A stretch of DNA of 53,289 nucleotides, taken from positions 1 through 53,289 of the IMG/VR virus record IMGVR_UViG_3300025652_000005; one strand, 5' to 3'. A program made the translations under genes and the position numbers. This document shows, one piece after another, positions 1 through 8,149 of this stretch. The first letter of the stretch is position 1; each line of letters starts with the position of its first letter. This DNA comes from a virus. Taxonomy: Duplodnaviria; Caudoviricetes. The notes under the pieces were generated by a model that made no database searches, was not told where the DNA came from, and worked only from the letters and a program-made list of their open reading frames with translations.

Positions 1-127
1 AGACAGCAACAGACAACGTGCTTTGGGCCACGAACGAGAACGCAAACTTCGCGATGTCTTACGTACAGGGTGTTCCTGGCGGCGCAGGCTCCGTGGTCAA
101 TTCAATCGCAGACTACCGCGTCACCAC
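1..127 (+). repeat. Terminal overlap identical to 53163-53289 (circular assembly overlap)
   Basis: Exact 127-bp direct repeat falling inside a coding region; 127 is a common assembler k-mer size. Confidence 0.95.
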
Positions 128-1301
128 AGCCACGTACAACACTGCCTTCACATGGGGCTTGGGCGCGATCAGCAAGATTGCTGGCCTCAAGACTGCGGAA
201 GAACGCTTCATCATTGGCACCACTACTGGCTTCAACTATATGTCTAACGACGCTACGCCAGAAACACAGGCTGAGTTCCAATCCAACACGATGTCCCCGC
301 CGTCAGGCATAACTGGGTTTATGATTGGTGCGGCAGCGATTGAAGGTTCAACCGTCAACGAGGGCAACATCTTCATCGCCTACTCCGGCAACAAGGTTGC
401 GTACGCTGCGTACACGGCAGCGGCTCCGTTCCCAACCACAGGCTACAGCACATTCGATTTCCCATCGGGAGTTGTTTACACTGACGTTGTTGATGTCAAG
501 TCAGAGGGTACGAGCTTAGTTATTGTTACTTCTACGGGCTACAAGTACAGCACGTTAGACCTTGGCATCACATGGACTGGCTCCAAGAACTACGCGGCAA
601 TGCCAATCGGCATTACGGTTGAGGCTGTCGCGGGCCAAAACAAATTCGTCAACGACGACCTCTCCACCAACGTGACTGAGCTTACTTTCGTACGCGGTCG
701 TACGTACCGCTTGCATCAGCAGGCGGTAGCGAACAACGGACACCCGCTACAGTTCTCCGAAGTCTCCGGCGGGCCACACTCTAACGGCACCCCTTACTCA
801 ACAGGCATGAAATTCATGTTGGGCGACCCAACTGCGACAGCGCCTTTCACTGTAGAGACGACGGTAAACGCGGATTGGGTGTCTGGTCACGTAACCCACA
901 ATGGCAAGACGCGGATCATCGAGTGGACTGTACCTGCCAGCGCTCCGAATACTCTTTACACCTACTGTCCTAACCACACGAACATGGGTTACGCAGTCTC
1001 AATCGTGGACGAAGATACCGTAGCGCCACACGACACTCAGACTGTTCTAGCCACCACCAGCATCTTCAACGCCTCTAACGGCGATGCTGATCGTCGATAC
1101 GACCTGACCTTCGACGGAAATGCCTTCATGCGCGAGAAGCGTTTCTACGCTCTTCCTTTGCTCGACAAGTACGAGAAGGCTGAGATTGAGGCTGGGGAAA
1201 TCTTGGAGCGTACAGCGATTATGGCGAGCGTTGGTGAGCAGATAATCGTCACCGCGTCCGAGGACAGCATCGTAGTTCGAGTTCACGGCATTGAGGAGTA
1301 A
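3..1301 (+). CDS. Tail fibre/virion structural protein, 3' part, with cupredoxin-like H...CxxHxxM motif
   Basis: Thr/Ser/Gly-rich beta protein; GHPLQFS...LYTYCPNHTNMG; stop at 1299-1301. Confidence 0.75.
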   Translation, partial: TATDNVLWATNENANFAMSYVQGVPGGAGSVVNSIADYRVTTATYNTAFTWGLGAISKIAGLKTAEERFIIGTTTGFNYMSNDATPETQAEFQSNTMSPPSGITGFMIGAAAIEGSTVNEGNIFIAYSGNKVAYAAYTAAAPFPTTGYSTFDFPSGVVYTDVVDVKSEGTSLVIVTSTGYKYSTLDLGITWTGSKNYAAMPIGITVEAVAGQNKFVNDDLSTNVTELTFVRGRTYRLHQQAVANNGHPLQFSEVSGGPHSNGTPYSTGMKFMLGDPTATAPFTVETTVNADWVSGHVTHNGKTRIIEWTVPASAPNTLYTYCPNHTNMGYAVSIVDEDTVAPHDTQTVLATTSIFNASNGDADRRYDLTFDGNAFMREKRFYALPLLDKYEKAEIEAGEILERTAIMASVGEQIIVTASEDSIVVRVHGIEE

Positions 1302-1307
1302 GCCCAC

Positions 1308-3401
1308 ATGGCACGCATTCGCAGAAAACTAAAGATCACGGGCGACGAATATAACTTCGGGGGAGGGGCTTCTGTCTCTTCCTCAACAGCATCCGGTGGC
1401 AGCTTTGTTAAGATCGCCAAGGGCAGCATTTCGACTACCAACGCAAGCCATGATGGCTTTCTTGCCAATGGTGCCACTGTCAAAATAACGCAAGATGTAA
1501 ACACTGCTATTCCGGCAAAAGATCAGTACATCTACTTTGACAATGCGTGGGAGACGGAAAACGGCGTTATTAGTTACGAGTTTTTAGACGGCGCTACCGC
1601 TCTCCCAGCGGGCATAACTTCTACGAACGACCTCGATAACACTGGCGGTACAGGTTACATTAGGTTCACGGGAACGCCTACGGCAGTGGGCAAGACCAGC
1701 TTTAAGGTGAAGGCATCTTACCCTTCTGGCACTACTGACGAGCAAGTGGAACTTACATACATCTTGAACGTCTTGACCGCTAACTACACACCAATTTGGA
1801 CGGGTGTACTCTCTAACGAGGTAATCTGGAAAACGACCGAACCGCAAACTATATTTGCAGGGCCGACCACATCTGCGCCGGGGGTGACTTATACTCTTTC
1901 AAACGTCAGCGGCTTCCCAGCGGGCATAACACCGCTTATCAACGCGGCCACGGGCGACGTTTACATCGGGCCAACAGGAGCGTCTATGATCGCCGCTGCT
2001 CCTCACGCATTCACGGTGACAGCAGACCTCGGCGAAGACGGCACAGTCGCCAAAGATGTAACTGGAGATATCTCCTACGGTGGGTTTTTCGGTGCTGCTT
2101 ACTTCGGCCCCGGCAACTCAAAGGCCGACCCTTCTTCGTATGATGTTGTGGTAGGCAATAACCCGACCCACTTGACTGCCGCCCAGTACAGCACACTTTG
2201 GAACACATCCATCAAGTCAGGCGCTCTACGCCGCAGATGGGCCGATGCAGCGAGCACCAGCCCCTACAAAATGGACGGTAACTACGGCCTCACGTACAAT
2301 GAGAACTGGAGTTTCAATCTTAACCAAGGTTCCGTAGGCCACCTTGGCCCGAAATGCAGCTCGCTTGGCAACACGGCCAACAACGGTTGGCACATTAAAT
2401 TTTTCTGGACGGTCCCAAATTTGGTCACTAGCTTCAGCGTTGTAGCCACTGGCGCTGGAGCCACTGGGGCTTACACTTGGGCCAACAAAGGCGGCGGCGG
2501 CGGCGGCACGGCTTGGGTCAACGACGTGACCTGTACACCCGGCGAAATCTTCGAAGTTGCAGTTGGCCTCGGCCAGCGTTCCGTAAGCACGAATACTACA
2601 AATTGGTCTGGAACCACTTGGATGCGGCGTGTCACAGCGGCAGATTACGGCGCGAACGAATGGATTGTAATCGGCTACGGCGGCGGTCGCCAAAGCAGCC
2701 ATGTTGCACCTATTGCAAATGGTAGAACCAACCCTGACGCGGCTAATCTTCTGCTTTCGGCTGATACATACCAACATAACGATAACTGTGACGGTGGTAT
2801 GGCCGCCGCGTCCATGAATTACGGAACGTACGCCGCTAATAGCGGCGGAAACGCGGTTGCTTACCCCGGAGCCGGGGCAGGAGGATATGCTGGCGAAGGA
2901 GCTAACAGCTCCACCGCCAGCCTAAGTGCCCCCAACGGTAGCGGTGCCGGAGGTTCGGGCGGATACCAATCGTCCACCTATGGCAACTCTGCGGGCGGCG
3001 GCGTTGGCCTTGACGGCCAAGGCGGCGGTGGCCCTGACGGCAACGGATCAGGCTGGGGAGGCGAGTTAAACAGCTCCGCCACCAACCGCGAAGTCGATGG
3101 TTCTCCATCTTACGCATACGGCGGCGGCGGCGGCTCTGGCGGCACGCGCGGGTGCTTCGGACAAAACCCAACCGTAAATCAATCAGGCATCCAAAACAGG
3201 TACATCAACGGCGGTATGCACGGCGGCGGTGGCGGCGGTTCGGGCACCTCTACGGGCGGCGGCGCTGGCGGCATGGGCGGCATTCGCATAATTTGGGGCC
3301 TGGGTGGAGCAGACTTCGATCAGGCCCGCGCTTTTCCGTCCACATACACGACGGAAGACCCTCTGATAGCTGATAGCAAAAACCCCGAAGGTTCACTGTA
3401 A
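1308..3401 (+). CDS. Glycine-rich tail fibre/adhesin-like protein with Ig-like repeats
   Basis: LPAGIT...GTPT Ig-like segments; C-terminal Gly-rich domain ending GGMGGIRIIWG; followed by a fibre chaperone. Confidence 0.7.
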   Translation: MARIRRKLKITGDEYNFGGGASVSSSTASGGSFVKIAKGSISTTNASHDGFLANGATVKITQDVNTAIPAKDQYIYFDNAWETENGVISYEFLDGATALPAGITSTNDLDNTGGTGYIRFTGTPTAVGKTSFKVKASYPSGTTDEQVELTYILNVLTANYTPIWTGVLSNEVIWKTTEPQTIFAGPTTSAPGVTYTLSNVSGFPAGITPLINAATGDVYIGPTGASMIAAAPHAFTVTADLGEDGTVAKDVTGDISYGGFFGAAYFGPGNSKADPSSYDVVVGNNPTHLTAAQYSTLWNTSIKSGALRRRWADAASTSPYKMDGNYGLTYNENWSFNLNQGSVGHLGPKCSSLGNTANNGWHIKFFWTVPNLVTSFSVVATGAGATGAYTWANKGGGGGGTAWVNDVTCTPGEIFEVAVGLGQRSVSTNTTNWSGTTWMRRVTAADYGANEWIVIGYGGGRQSSHVAPIANGRTNPDAANLLLSADTYQHNDNCDGGMAAASMNYGTYAANSGGNAVAYPGAGAGGYAGEGANSSTASLSAPNGSGAGGSGGYQSSTYGNSAGGGVGLDGQGGGGPDGNGSGWGGELNSSATNREVDGSPSYAYGGGGGSGGTRGCFGQNPTVNQSGIQNRYINGGMHGGGGGGSGTSTGGGAGGMGGIRIIWGLGGADFDQARAFPSTYTTEDPLIADSKNPEGSL

Positions 3402-3412
3402 GGAGATTTTAA

Positions 3413-3676
3413 ATGGCATATGAAGATAGAGAAAAGCTAGTCTCCCACGCACGCGAGACTAGGGATCATAAGCTGGAGTTAAGTGACATTGACATGCTGC
3501 GAAACATCGAGGACGCAGCAAGTTTCGCTGCGTTTGCGACAGCTCGCGCTGCGTGGGTTACTTATCGTCAAGCCCTGCGCGACTACCCCGCGCAATTCCC
3601 TGAGATAATTGAAGACGACTTATCCAACGCTCCTGAAATCCCACTCTCACCATCAGAAACAGTTCAAGAGGACTAA
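3413..3676 (+). CDS. Tail fibre assembly chaperone
   Basis: R..RD.KL..SD...W..YRQALRDYP motif typical of phage tail assembly chaperones; AGGAG SD. Confidence 0.8.
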   Translation: MAYEDREKLVSHARETRDHKLELSDIDMLRNIEDAASFAAFATARAAWVTYRQALRDYPAQFPEIIEDDLSNAPEIPLSPSETVQED

Positions 3677-3677
3677 A

Positions 3678-3902
3678 ATGAAGCTCATAACTTATACTGA
3701 CGAGTTCGGCCTGTCGCATGTATTCGATGCTAACCGGGTTATGTTTACAATGTCCCAACCCACCGGAGACGTAGACGAGGACGGCAAATTCAAAAAGATT
3801 TTAACCAAGGTCGCCCTTAACGAAAACATGGGCTTCATCCTCGCAGACGAAGACCCCGACGCGATGATTGCTCGGATCAAAGAGGCAAACGGAATTGGCT
3901 AA
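3678..3902 (+). CDS. Hypothetical protein (74 aa)
   Basis: GAGG SD, start MKLITYTDEFG; abuts neighbouring genes. Confidence 0.65.
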   Translation: MKLITYTDEFGLSHVFDANRVMFTMSQPTGDVDEDGKFKKILTKVALNENMGFILADEDPDAMIARIKEANGIG

Positions 3903-4167
3903 GAAGCCCGTCTCAAAAAAGGATATGCCGTGCAACAAGCCGAAACGCACGCCTTCTCACAAGACCAAATCGCACGTCGTAAAGGCGTGCGATAAAGGTC
4001 AGGAGAAAGTGATCCGCTTCGGTCAGCAGGGTGTCAAAGGCGCGGGTAAGAAGCCTACTACCGCTGCCGAAAAGGCACGCAAGAAATCTTTTAAAGCCCG
4101 CCACGCAGACAATATAAAAATAGGAAAGCTCTCCGCTGCGTACTGGGCAGATAAGGTGAAATGGTAA
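3895..4167 (+). CDS. Small basic protein (SFKARH...SAAYWADKVKW type)
   Basis: TTG start with GAGG SD; Lys-rich; motif recurrent in marine podophage head regions. Confidence 0.7.
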   Translation: MAKKPVSKKDMPCNKPKRTPSHKTKSHVVKACDKGQEKVIRFGQQGVKGAGKKPTTAAEKARKKSFKARHADNIKIGKLSAAYWADKVKW

Positions 4168-4307
4168 TGAGCCTCTATGACCACATAAACGCTCGTAAAA
4201 AGGCTAAGACCTCTCGGTCCAAAGCAAAGTCCACTGTCACCCCGAAGGCTTATTCAGAGATGAAAAAGAACTTTGGGAAGCCCAAACCAAAGAAAAGGAA
4301 AGCCTAA
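4167..4307 (+). CDS. Small Lys-rich protein (46 aa, MSLYDHINARKKAKTSRSK...)
   Basis: Read directly from the sequence; TAATG coupling on both sides; below the ORF-track cutoff. Confidence 0.7.
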   Translation: MSLYDHINARKKAKTSRSKAKSTVTPKAYSEMKKNFGKPKPKKRKA

Positions 4308-4417
4308 TGCCTACAGTTGGAAAAAAGAAGTTTCCGTACAGCAAGGCGGGGAAGATCGCAGCCAAAAAGGCCGCTGTTAAGACGGGTAAGCCTGTCAAGA
4401 AAAAGAAGGGATATTAA
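4307..4417 (+). CDS. Small Lys-rich protein (36 aa, MPTVGKKKFPYSKAGKIAAKKAA...)
   Basis: TAATG-coupled start, AAGGA SD. Confidence 0.7.
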   Translation: MPTVGKKKFPYSKAGKIAAKKAAVKTGKPVKKKKGY

Positions 4418-4419
4418 AG

Positions 4420-4503
4420 ATGGCCAAGAACGCACTCGTAAAAAAATCTTGTCAGCCAGTCACGGCTGGAAAGCCCATCATGAAGGGTGGCAAAAAGAAA
4501 TAA
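4420..4503 (+). CDS. Small Lys-rich peptide (27 aa, MAKNALVKKSCQPVTAGKPIMKGGKKK)
   Basis: AAGGG SD; fills the gap between neighbours exactly. Confidence 0.55.
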   Translation: MAKNALVKKSCQPVTAGKPIMKGGKKK

Positions 4504-4515
4504 GAAAGCCTCAAC

Positions 4516-4803
4516 ATGACTGTCAAAAGCAATATCAAAGACCTCATATCTCTATCCGAAAGCTCAGGCTGGGAAGTTCTCCATAAGACTATGGAGGCTG
4601 AAATTCTCCAGCTTGCTTTGAACATGGCCCGCAGCTCAGAAATGACGCAGCAGCACATGGACTTTCAGAGGGGTGCAATATTCGCAGCAGAGCAAATGCT
4701 CAGTATGCCAACTAAGCTCATCAACAAACTTGAAGGTGAACTTTCACTAGAAGACGCGACGAGCCGCCAAGGCCGCTCAGAAAGGACTAAAGATGGCTAT
4801 TAA
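4516..4803 (+). CDS. Hypothetical head-region protein upstream of scaffold
   Basis: 95 aa, helical (GWEVL...FQRGAI); position typical of the small pre-scaffold gene. Confidence 0.7.
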   Translation: MTVKSNIKDLISLSESSGWEVLHKTMEAEILQLALNMARSSEMTQQHMDFQRGAIFAAEQMLSMPTKLINKLEGELSLEDATSRQGRSERTKDGY

Positions 4804-5815
4804 TCCAGGGATGGACGCGGAGCAAATCGCCCGCATTTCAGCAAGCCGGATGGGTGACGCACCACAGGCTGCTGCACCACAGGCACCACCGCCACCAAAA
4901 GATGCACCGCCCACTGATATGGAGAAAGCAGTTGAGGCTGCATCGCCAGATACGGAAGGTGACAAGCAGGCTCAGGACGCTGTGATGTACAACGTCTCGA
5001 TTGGTGGCCAAGACCGCAATCTTTCGCCCCAGCAAATCGGGTCTACATTTGAGCGCTACCGTGATCTCAATCATAAGAACGCCACGAACAAGCCGATGTA
5101 TGACCTATCAGATCGTTTGATGCGCGACACAGGTGCCAGTCCAGAACAAGCAGCGAAACTTATGGACGCGGCCCTAAAGGCACTGAGCAAGAATGTTAAG
5201 ATGGGTAAAAACCGTCCTAAGCAGGACGGCGTTGCAGCTCCAGAGCAGCCGCAGTCAATGCCGCAAGGCGGCAACCAGCTCAACGAAGAGTGGTCAAAGT
5301 ACGAAGAAGAGAATGCCATCAGCCTGCCACCGGGGTATCGTGAGCAGTACGAACGCATGGGCCGCATGGAAGAGAGCATGGGCAAGCAGCTTCAGATGAT
5401 GCAGGGCGTCTTGCAAAGCGCTCAAAATGCTGGCCAAGGCGCGAACCAATCACGCGAAGACGCTCTTAGTAACCGCGACGAAGCTGTAATGCAGTCTATT
5501 CGTAACAACCTTGACCGCGCTCAACAGGAAGCTGGCCTTCCAGATGACGCTGTTGGAGATTTCCAGTCTTACGCGATGGAACGTGGTTACACCGCAGAAG
5601 ACTTTGCTGATGCCTCTCTTACTAAGAAGGTCATCGGTGACTTCAAGAACCAGATGAATACCCCTGAGTTCGAGCGGTTGCGCGAAATGTCCAAGCGCCG
5701 CGAAGCATACCTTACATCCCAATCGGGTGGCCCAACGAGCCAAATGGCTCCCTCTGGGGGGGATGATACCCTCGCACGACTTGCACAATCCGCCAACAAC
5801 AAGCGGATGGGTTAA
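4793..5815 (+). CDS. Capsid scaffolding protein
   Basis: Acidic, Pro/Gln-rich helical protein directly upstream of the major capsid gene. Confidence 0.7.
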   Translation: MAINPGMDAEQIARISASRMGDAPQAAAPQAPPPPKDAPPTDMEKAVEAASPDTEGDKQAQDAVMYNVSIGGQDRNLSPQQIGSTFERYRDLNHKNATNKPMYDLSDRLMRDTGASPEQAAKLMDAALKALSKNVKMGKNRPKQDGVAAPEQPQSMPQGGNQLNEEWSKYEEENAISLPPGYREQYERMGRMEESMGKQLQMMQGVLQSAQNAGQGANQSREDALSNRDEAVMQSIRNNLDRAQQEAGLPDDAVGDFQSYAMERGYTAEDFADASLTKKVIGDFKNQMNTPEFERLREMSKRREAYLTSQSGGPTSQMAPSGGDDTLARLAQSANNKRMG

Positions 5816-5816
5816 T

Positions 5817-5843
5817 AAAAAGGCGGCCTTCGGGTCGCCTTTT
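5817..5843 (+). terminator. Rho-independent terminator
   Basis: AAAAAGGCGGCC-TTCG-GGTCGCCTTTT hairpin with UUCG loop. Confidence 0.8.
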
Positions 5844-5852
5844 CCCTTTAAG

Positions 5853-5884
5853 GGACGACTACCCCCCCAGAAACAATCAATAGT
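5853..5884 (+). promoter_or_regulatory. Putative phage late promoter (GGACGAC-N19-AATAGT)
   Basis: One of 8 GGACGAC copies at late-gene boundaries. Confidence 0.6.
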
Positions 5885-6018
5885 ACCTCAACGTCGATAG
5901 CGCTACGGCCCTAAACGTCGGTGTTAAAAAGGTTACTCGGTAAGTTCGCGTGATTGTTCCGCTCACACTTTCTTGGTGCCACTGATGACTGAAACCTTTT
6001 TCCAAAGGAGATTACCAC

Positions 6019-7185
6019 ATGGCTGGTATCCAAGGACTACGGGGCTCAGGTCAGTTTGCTACTGACTATCGCCCGAAAAACTATCGCGAATTATTTACGC
6101 TCCTCGAGCCAAATGGCAACGCGCCACTGAACGCCTTGTTGGCAATGACTTCTTCTGAAGCCACTGACGACCCTGAGTTCAAAAATTTCCGTGACGAGCT
6201 TCCTGCTCGTACATTGACCGTAAACGGTGCTCTATCAAACTCTGCTACAACTATCACTGTAGACGCTGGCAATGACGTGTTGTTTGCAGTTGGTGGAACT
6301 ATCGTTGTCAACGCTACGACAAACGAAGTTATGCGTTGTACTGCTGATGCGACCGCAACAACATTGACTGTTGAGCGTGGCATCGGTGGCGGCGCTGGCG
6401 CTATTGCTGACGGCGCTGAGTTGTTCATCGCGGGTTCTGCTTTCTCTGAAGGTGCATCAACACCGACAGGCGTATCATTCGACGCAAGCGTTGCTTCGAA
6501 CTACACGCAGATTTTCCGTACGGCCTTCACAATCACCAACACTCTACGCGCGACTAACTTGCGTACTGGTGACAAAGAAGACGAGATGACGACAAAAGCT
6601 CTGAAGATGCACATGCAAGACATCGAGCGTGCTATGTTCTTCGGTAAGAAGTACGAAGCAAACGGTTCGTCTTCACAGCCTACTCGTTATACAGGCGGCT
6701 TGATCAACTCGATCACTAACGTCAACGACCGTTCAACATCTTCTAACGTAATGACAGAAGACCAGTTTGACCGCTCCTTGATCGAAGACGTGTTCGCGTT
6801 TGGTGGAAACCAAAAGATCATGTTCTGTGGTGCTAAAGTTGCTGGTCACTTGCAGAAGTTCGGCAAAGACCGTTGGTCTCCAACAGTTGTTGAAGGTGCG
6901 TACGGCGTTGGCCTTACTCGCTACTCAACATTTGCTGGTGATCTTATGGTTCACTTGCACCCACAGTTCCGCCAAGTACCTGGCATGGAAAATGCGGCAG
7001 TCATCATCGACTTCCCGCATCTGAAGTACCGTTACATGGAAGGCCGTGATACGTCCTTGCTTCGCGACCGTCAGGCCAATGGCGCTGACCAAGCGGCACA
7101 CGAGTACCTCACAGAGTGTGGTCTCGAAATGTTGCAAGACAAAACGCACCACTACATCAAAAACTGGACAGCTACGTCTGCATAA
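6019..7185 (+). CDS. Major capsid protein (SU10/DUF5309-like, HK97 fold)
   Basis: NYTQIFRTAFTIT, DIERAMFFG and EYLTECGLE motifs; strongly biased codon usage; AAGGAG SD. Confidence 0.9.
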   Translation: MAGIQGLRGSGQFATDYRPKNYRELFTLLEPNGNAPLNALLAMTSSEATDDPEFKNFRDELPARTLTVNGALSNSATTITVDAGNDVLFAVGGTIVVNATTNEVMRCTADATATTLTVERGIGGGAGAIADGAELFIAGSAFSEGASTPTGVSFDASVASNYTQIFRTAFTITNTLRATNLRTGDKEDEMTTKALKMHMQDIERAMFFGKKYEANGSSSQPTRYTGGLINSITNVNDRSTSSNVMTEDQFDRSLIEDVFAFGGNQKIMFCGAKVAGHLQKFGKDRWSPTVVEGAYGVGLTRYSTFAGDLMVHLHPQFRQVPGMENAAVIIDFPHLKYRYMEGRDTSLLRDRQANGADQAAHEYLTECGLEMLQDKTHHYIKNWTATSA

Positions 7186-7203
7186 GACAGCCGAAAGTTT
7201 TGG

Positions 7204-7230
7204 AAGGGGCCGCATTCGTGCGGCCCTTTT
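7204..7230 (+). terminator. Rho-independent terminator
   Basis: GGGCCGCA-TTCG-TGCGGCCC followed by TTTT after the capsid stop. Confidence 0.85.
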
Positions 7231-7238
7231 GCGTTGAG

Positions 7239-7272
7239 GGACGACTGGCCCCCAAATAACGGGGATAAAAGT
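7239..7272 (+). promoter_or_regulatory. Putative late promoter (GGACGAC ... TAAAAG)
   Basis: Motif immediately after the terminator and before 7296. Confidence 0.55.
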
Positions 7273-7295
7273 CAGGAAACTCATGGAGAATTTTA

Positions 7296-7703
7296 ATGGC
7301 ACGTAAGAGAGCACACAAAGCCGACGGCAGTTTTAAGGCTGACGATCCGTCAACACCTGAGAACGAGGCTTGGGAACCACAAGACATTCCAGAACCGCTT
7401 CGCGAGTTCTCAGTGGGAGAGCAGGAAGAAGCTCATGAGGAAGTCAAGGAAGACCCCTCTTTGAAAGCCAAACAAAAGCGGGCACCGAAGAATGAAGCGC
7501 CCAGCGATTTTGTTTTCTTCGTATCCGCTAACGAAGAGAACGCCGCCTTTGACATACGCATCGGAGAAACGCGCGTTCGCGGGAATTGGGATAAAAATCG
7601 CGCTTTCGTTCACTGGCGCATCCCGCGTGAATTAGCTAACTTAGCTAAGTTGCATCACCATATCTGGTCGGGCCGCGTAATCAGTTGCGAGGACGATAGC
7701 TAA
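7296..7703 (+). CDS. Hypothetical virion-region protein
   Basis: GGAG SD; N-terminal GSFKADDPSTPENEAWE motif that recurs in marine phage proteins. Confidence 0.7.
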   Translation: MARKRAHKADGSFKADDPSTPENEAWEPQDIPEPLREFSVGEQEEAHEEVKEDPSLKAKQKRAPKNEAPSDFVFFVSANEENAAFDIRIGETRVRGNWDKNRAFVHWRIPRELANLAKLHHHIWSGRVISCEDDS

Positions 7704-8149
7704 TGGCAGAGAAGAGCGTACAAAAGCCGTTTGCGGCTGCTAAAGAGAAGTTCACACCACTCGAAAGTTTAGTACGCTCTGCACTCGTCAGGGCGGGTAA
7801 CTTCTCACCTTCGCGTGTAGATGGTGAAGTTATGATGATGATGATCGAGCTTGCCAATCGGGTTGTCGAAGAAGTTCGCGCCCACCCGTACTGGACTGGT
7901 GGCGATATTGACTACTACGTAGATGTCCAAGAGCGCAGACCTATTCCCGATCTGATAATGATTGACGGGTTGTCTGCGCATTACTTTATCCAACAAGGTT
8001 CCGATAAGGCTATGGTACACTTGCAACTGTATCAGTCCGGCATGACCAACATTCTACATCAGAGGTCTAATGGGAACAAACCGTACGTTCGTACGATAAT
8101 GGACGGCGGTTCCAACCCTTCGTACAAGCCAAGGACGGTTAGTGAATGA
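7703..8149 (+). CDS. Head-tail adaptor (tail tubular A-like)
   Basis: 148 aa, position after capsid and before nozzle; coupled start. Confidence 0.55.
   Translation: MAEKSVQKPFAAAKEKFTPLESLVRSALVRAGNFSPSRVDGEVMMMMIELANRVVEEVRAHPYWTGGDIDYYVDVQERRPIPDLIMIDGLSAHYFIQQGSDKAMVHLQLYQSGMTNILHQRSNGNKPYVRTIMDGGSNPSYKPRTVSE

Noticed and set aside
1-127. Biological direct terminal repeat
   Set aside because: Exactly 127 bp and inside a gene, which fits an assembler k-mer overlap rather than a virion end.
1308-3401. Diversity-generating retroelement or invertible fibre cassette
   Set aside because: No reverse transcriptase, no template/variable repeat pair and no invertase seen.
4317-4586. 89-aa ORF from the track
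   Set aside because: Overlaps better-supported, translationally coupled small Lys-rich genes in other frames.
5926-6001. Hammerhead ribozyme (CTGATGA...GAAAC at 5982-5995)
   Set aside because: Only 2 nt separate CUGAUGA and GAAA, so stem II is absent, and stem I does not pair after the GUU triplet; kept only as a structured leader.
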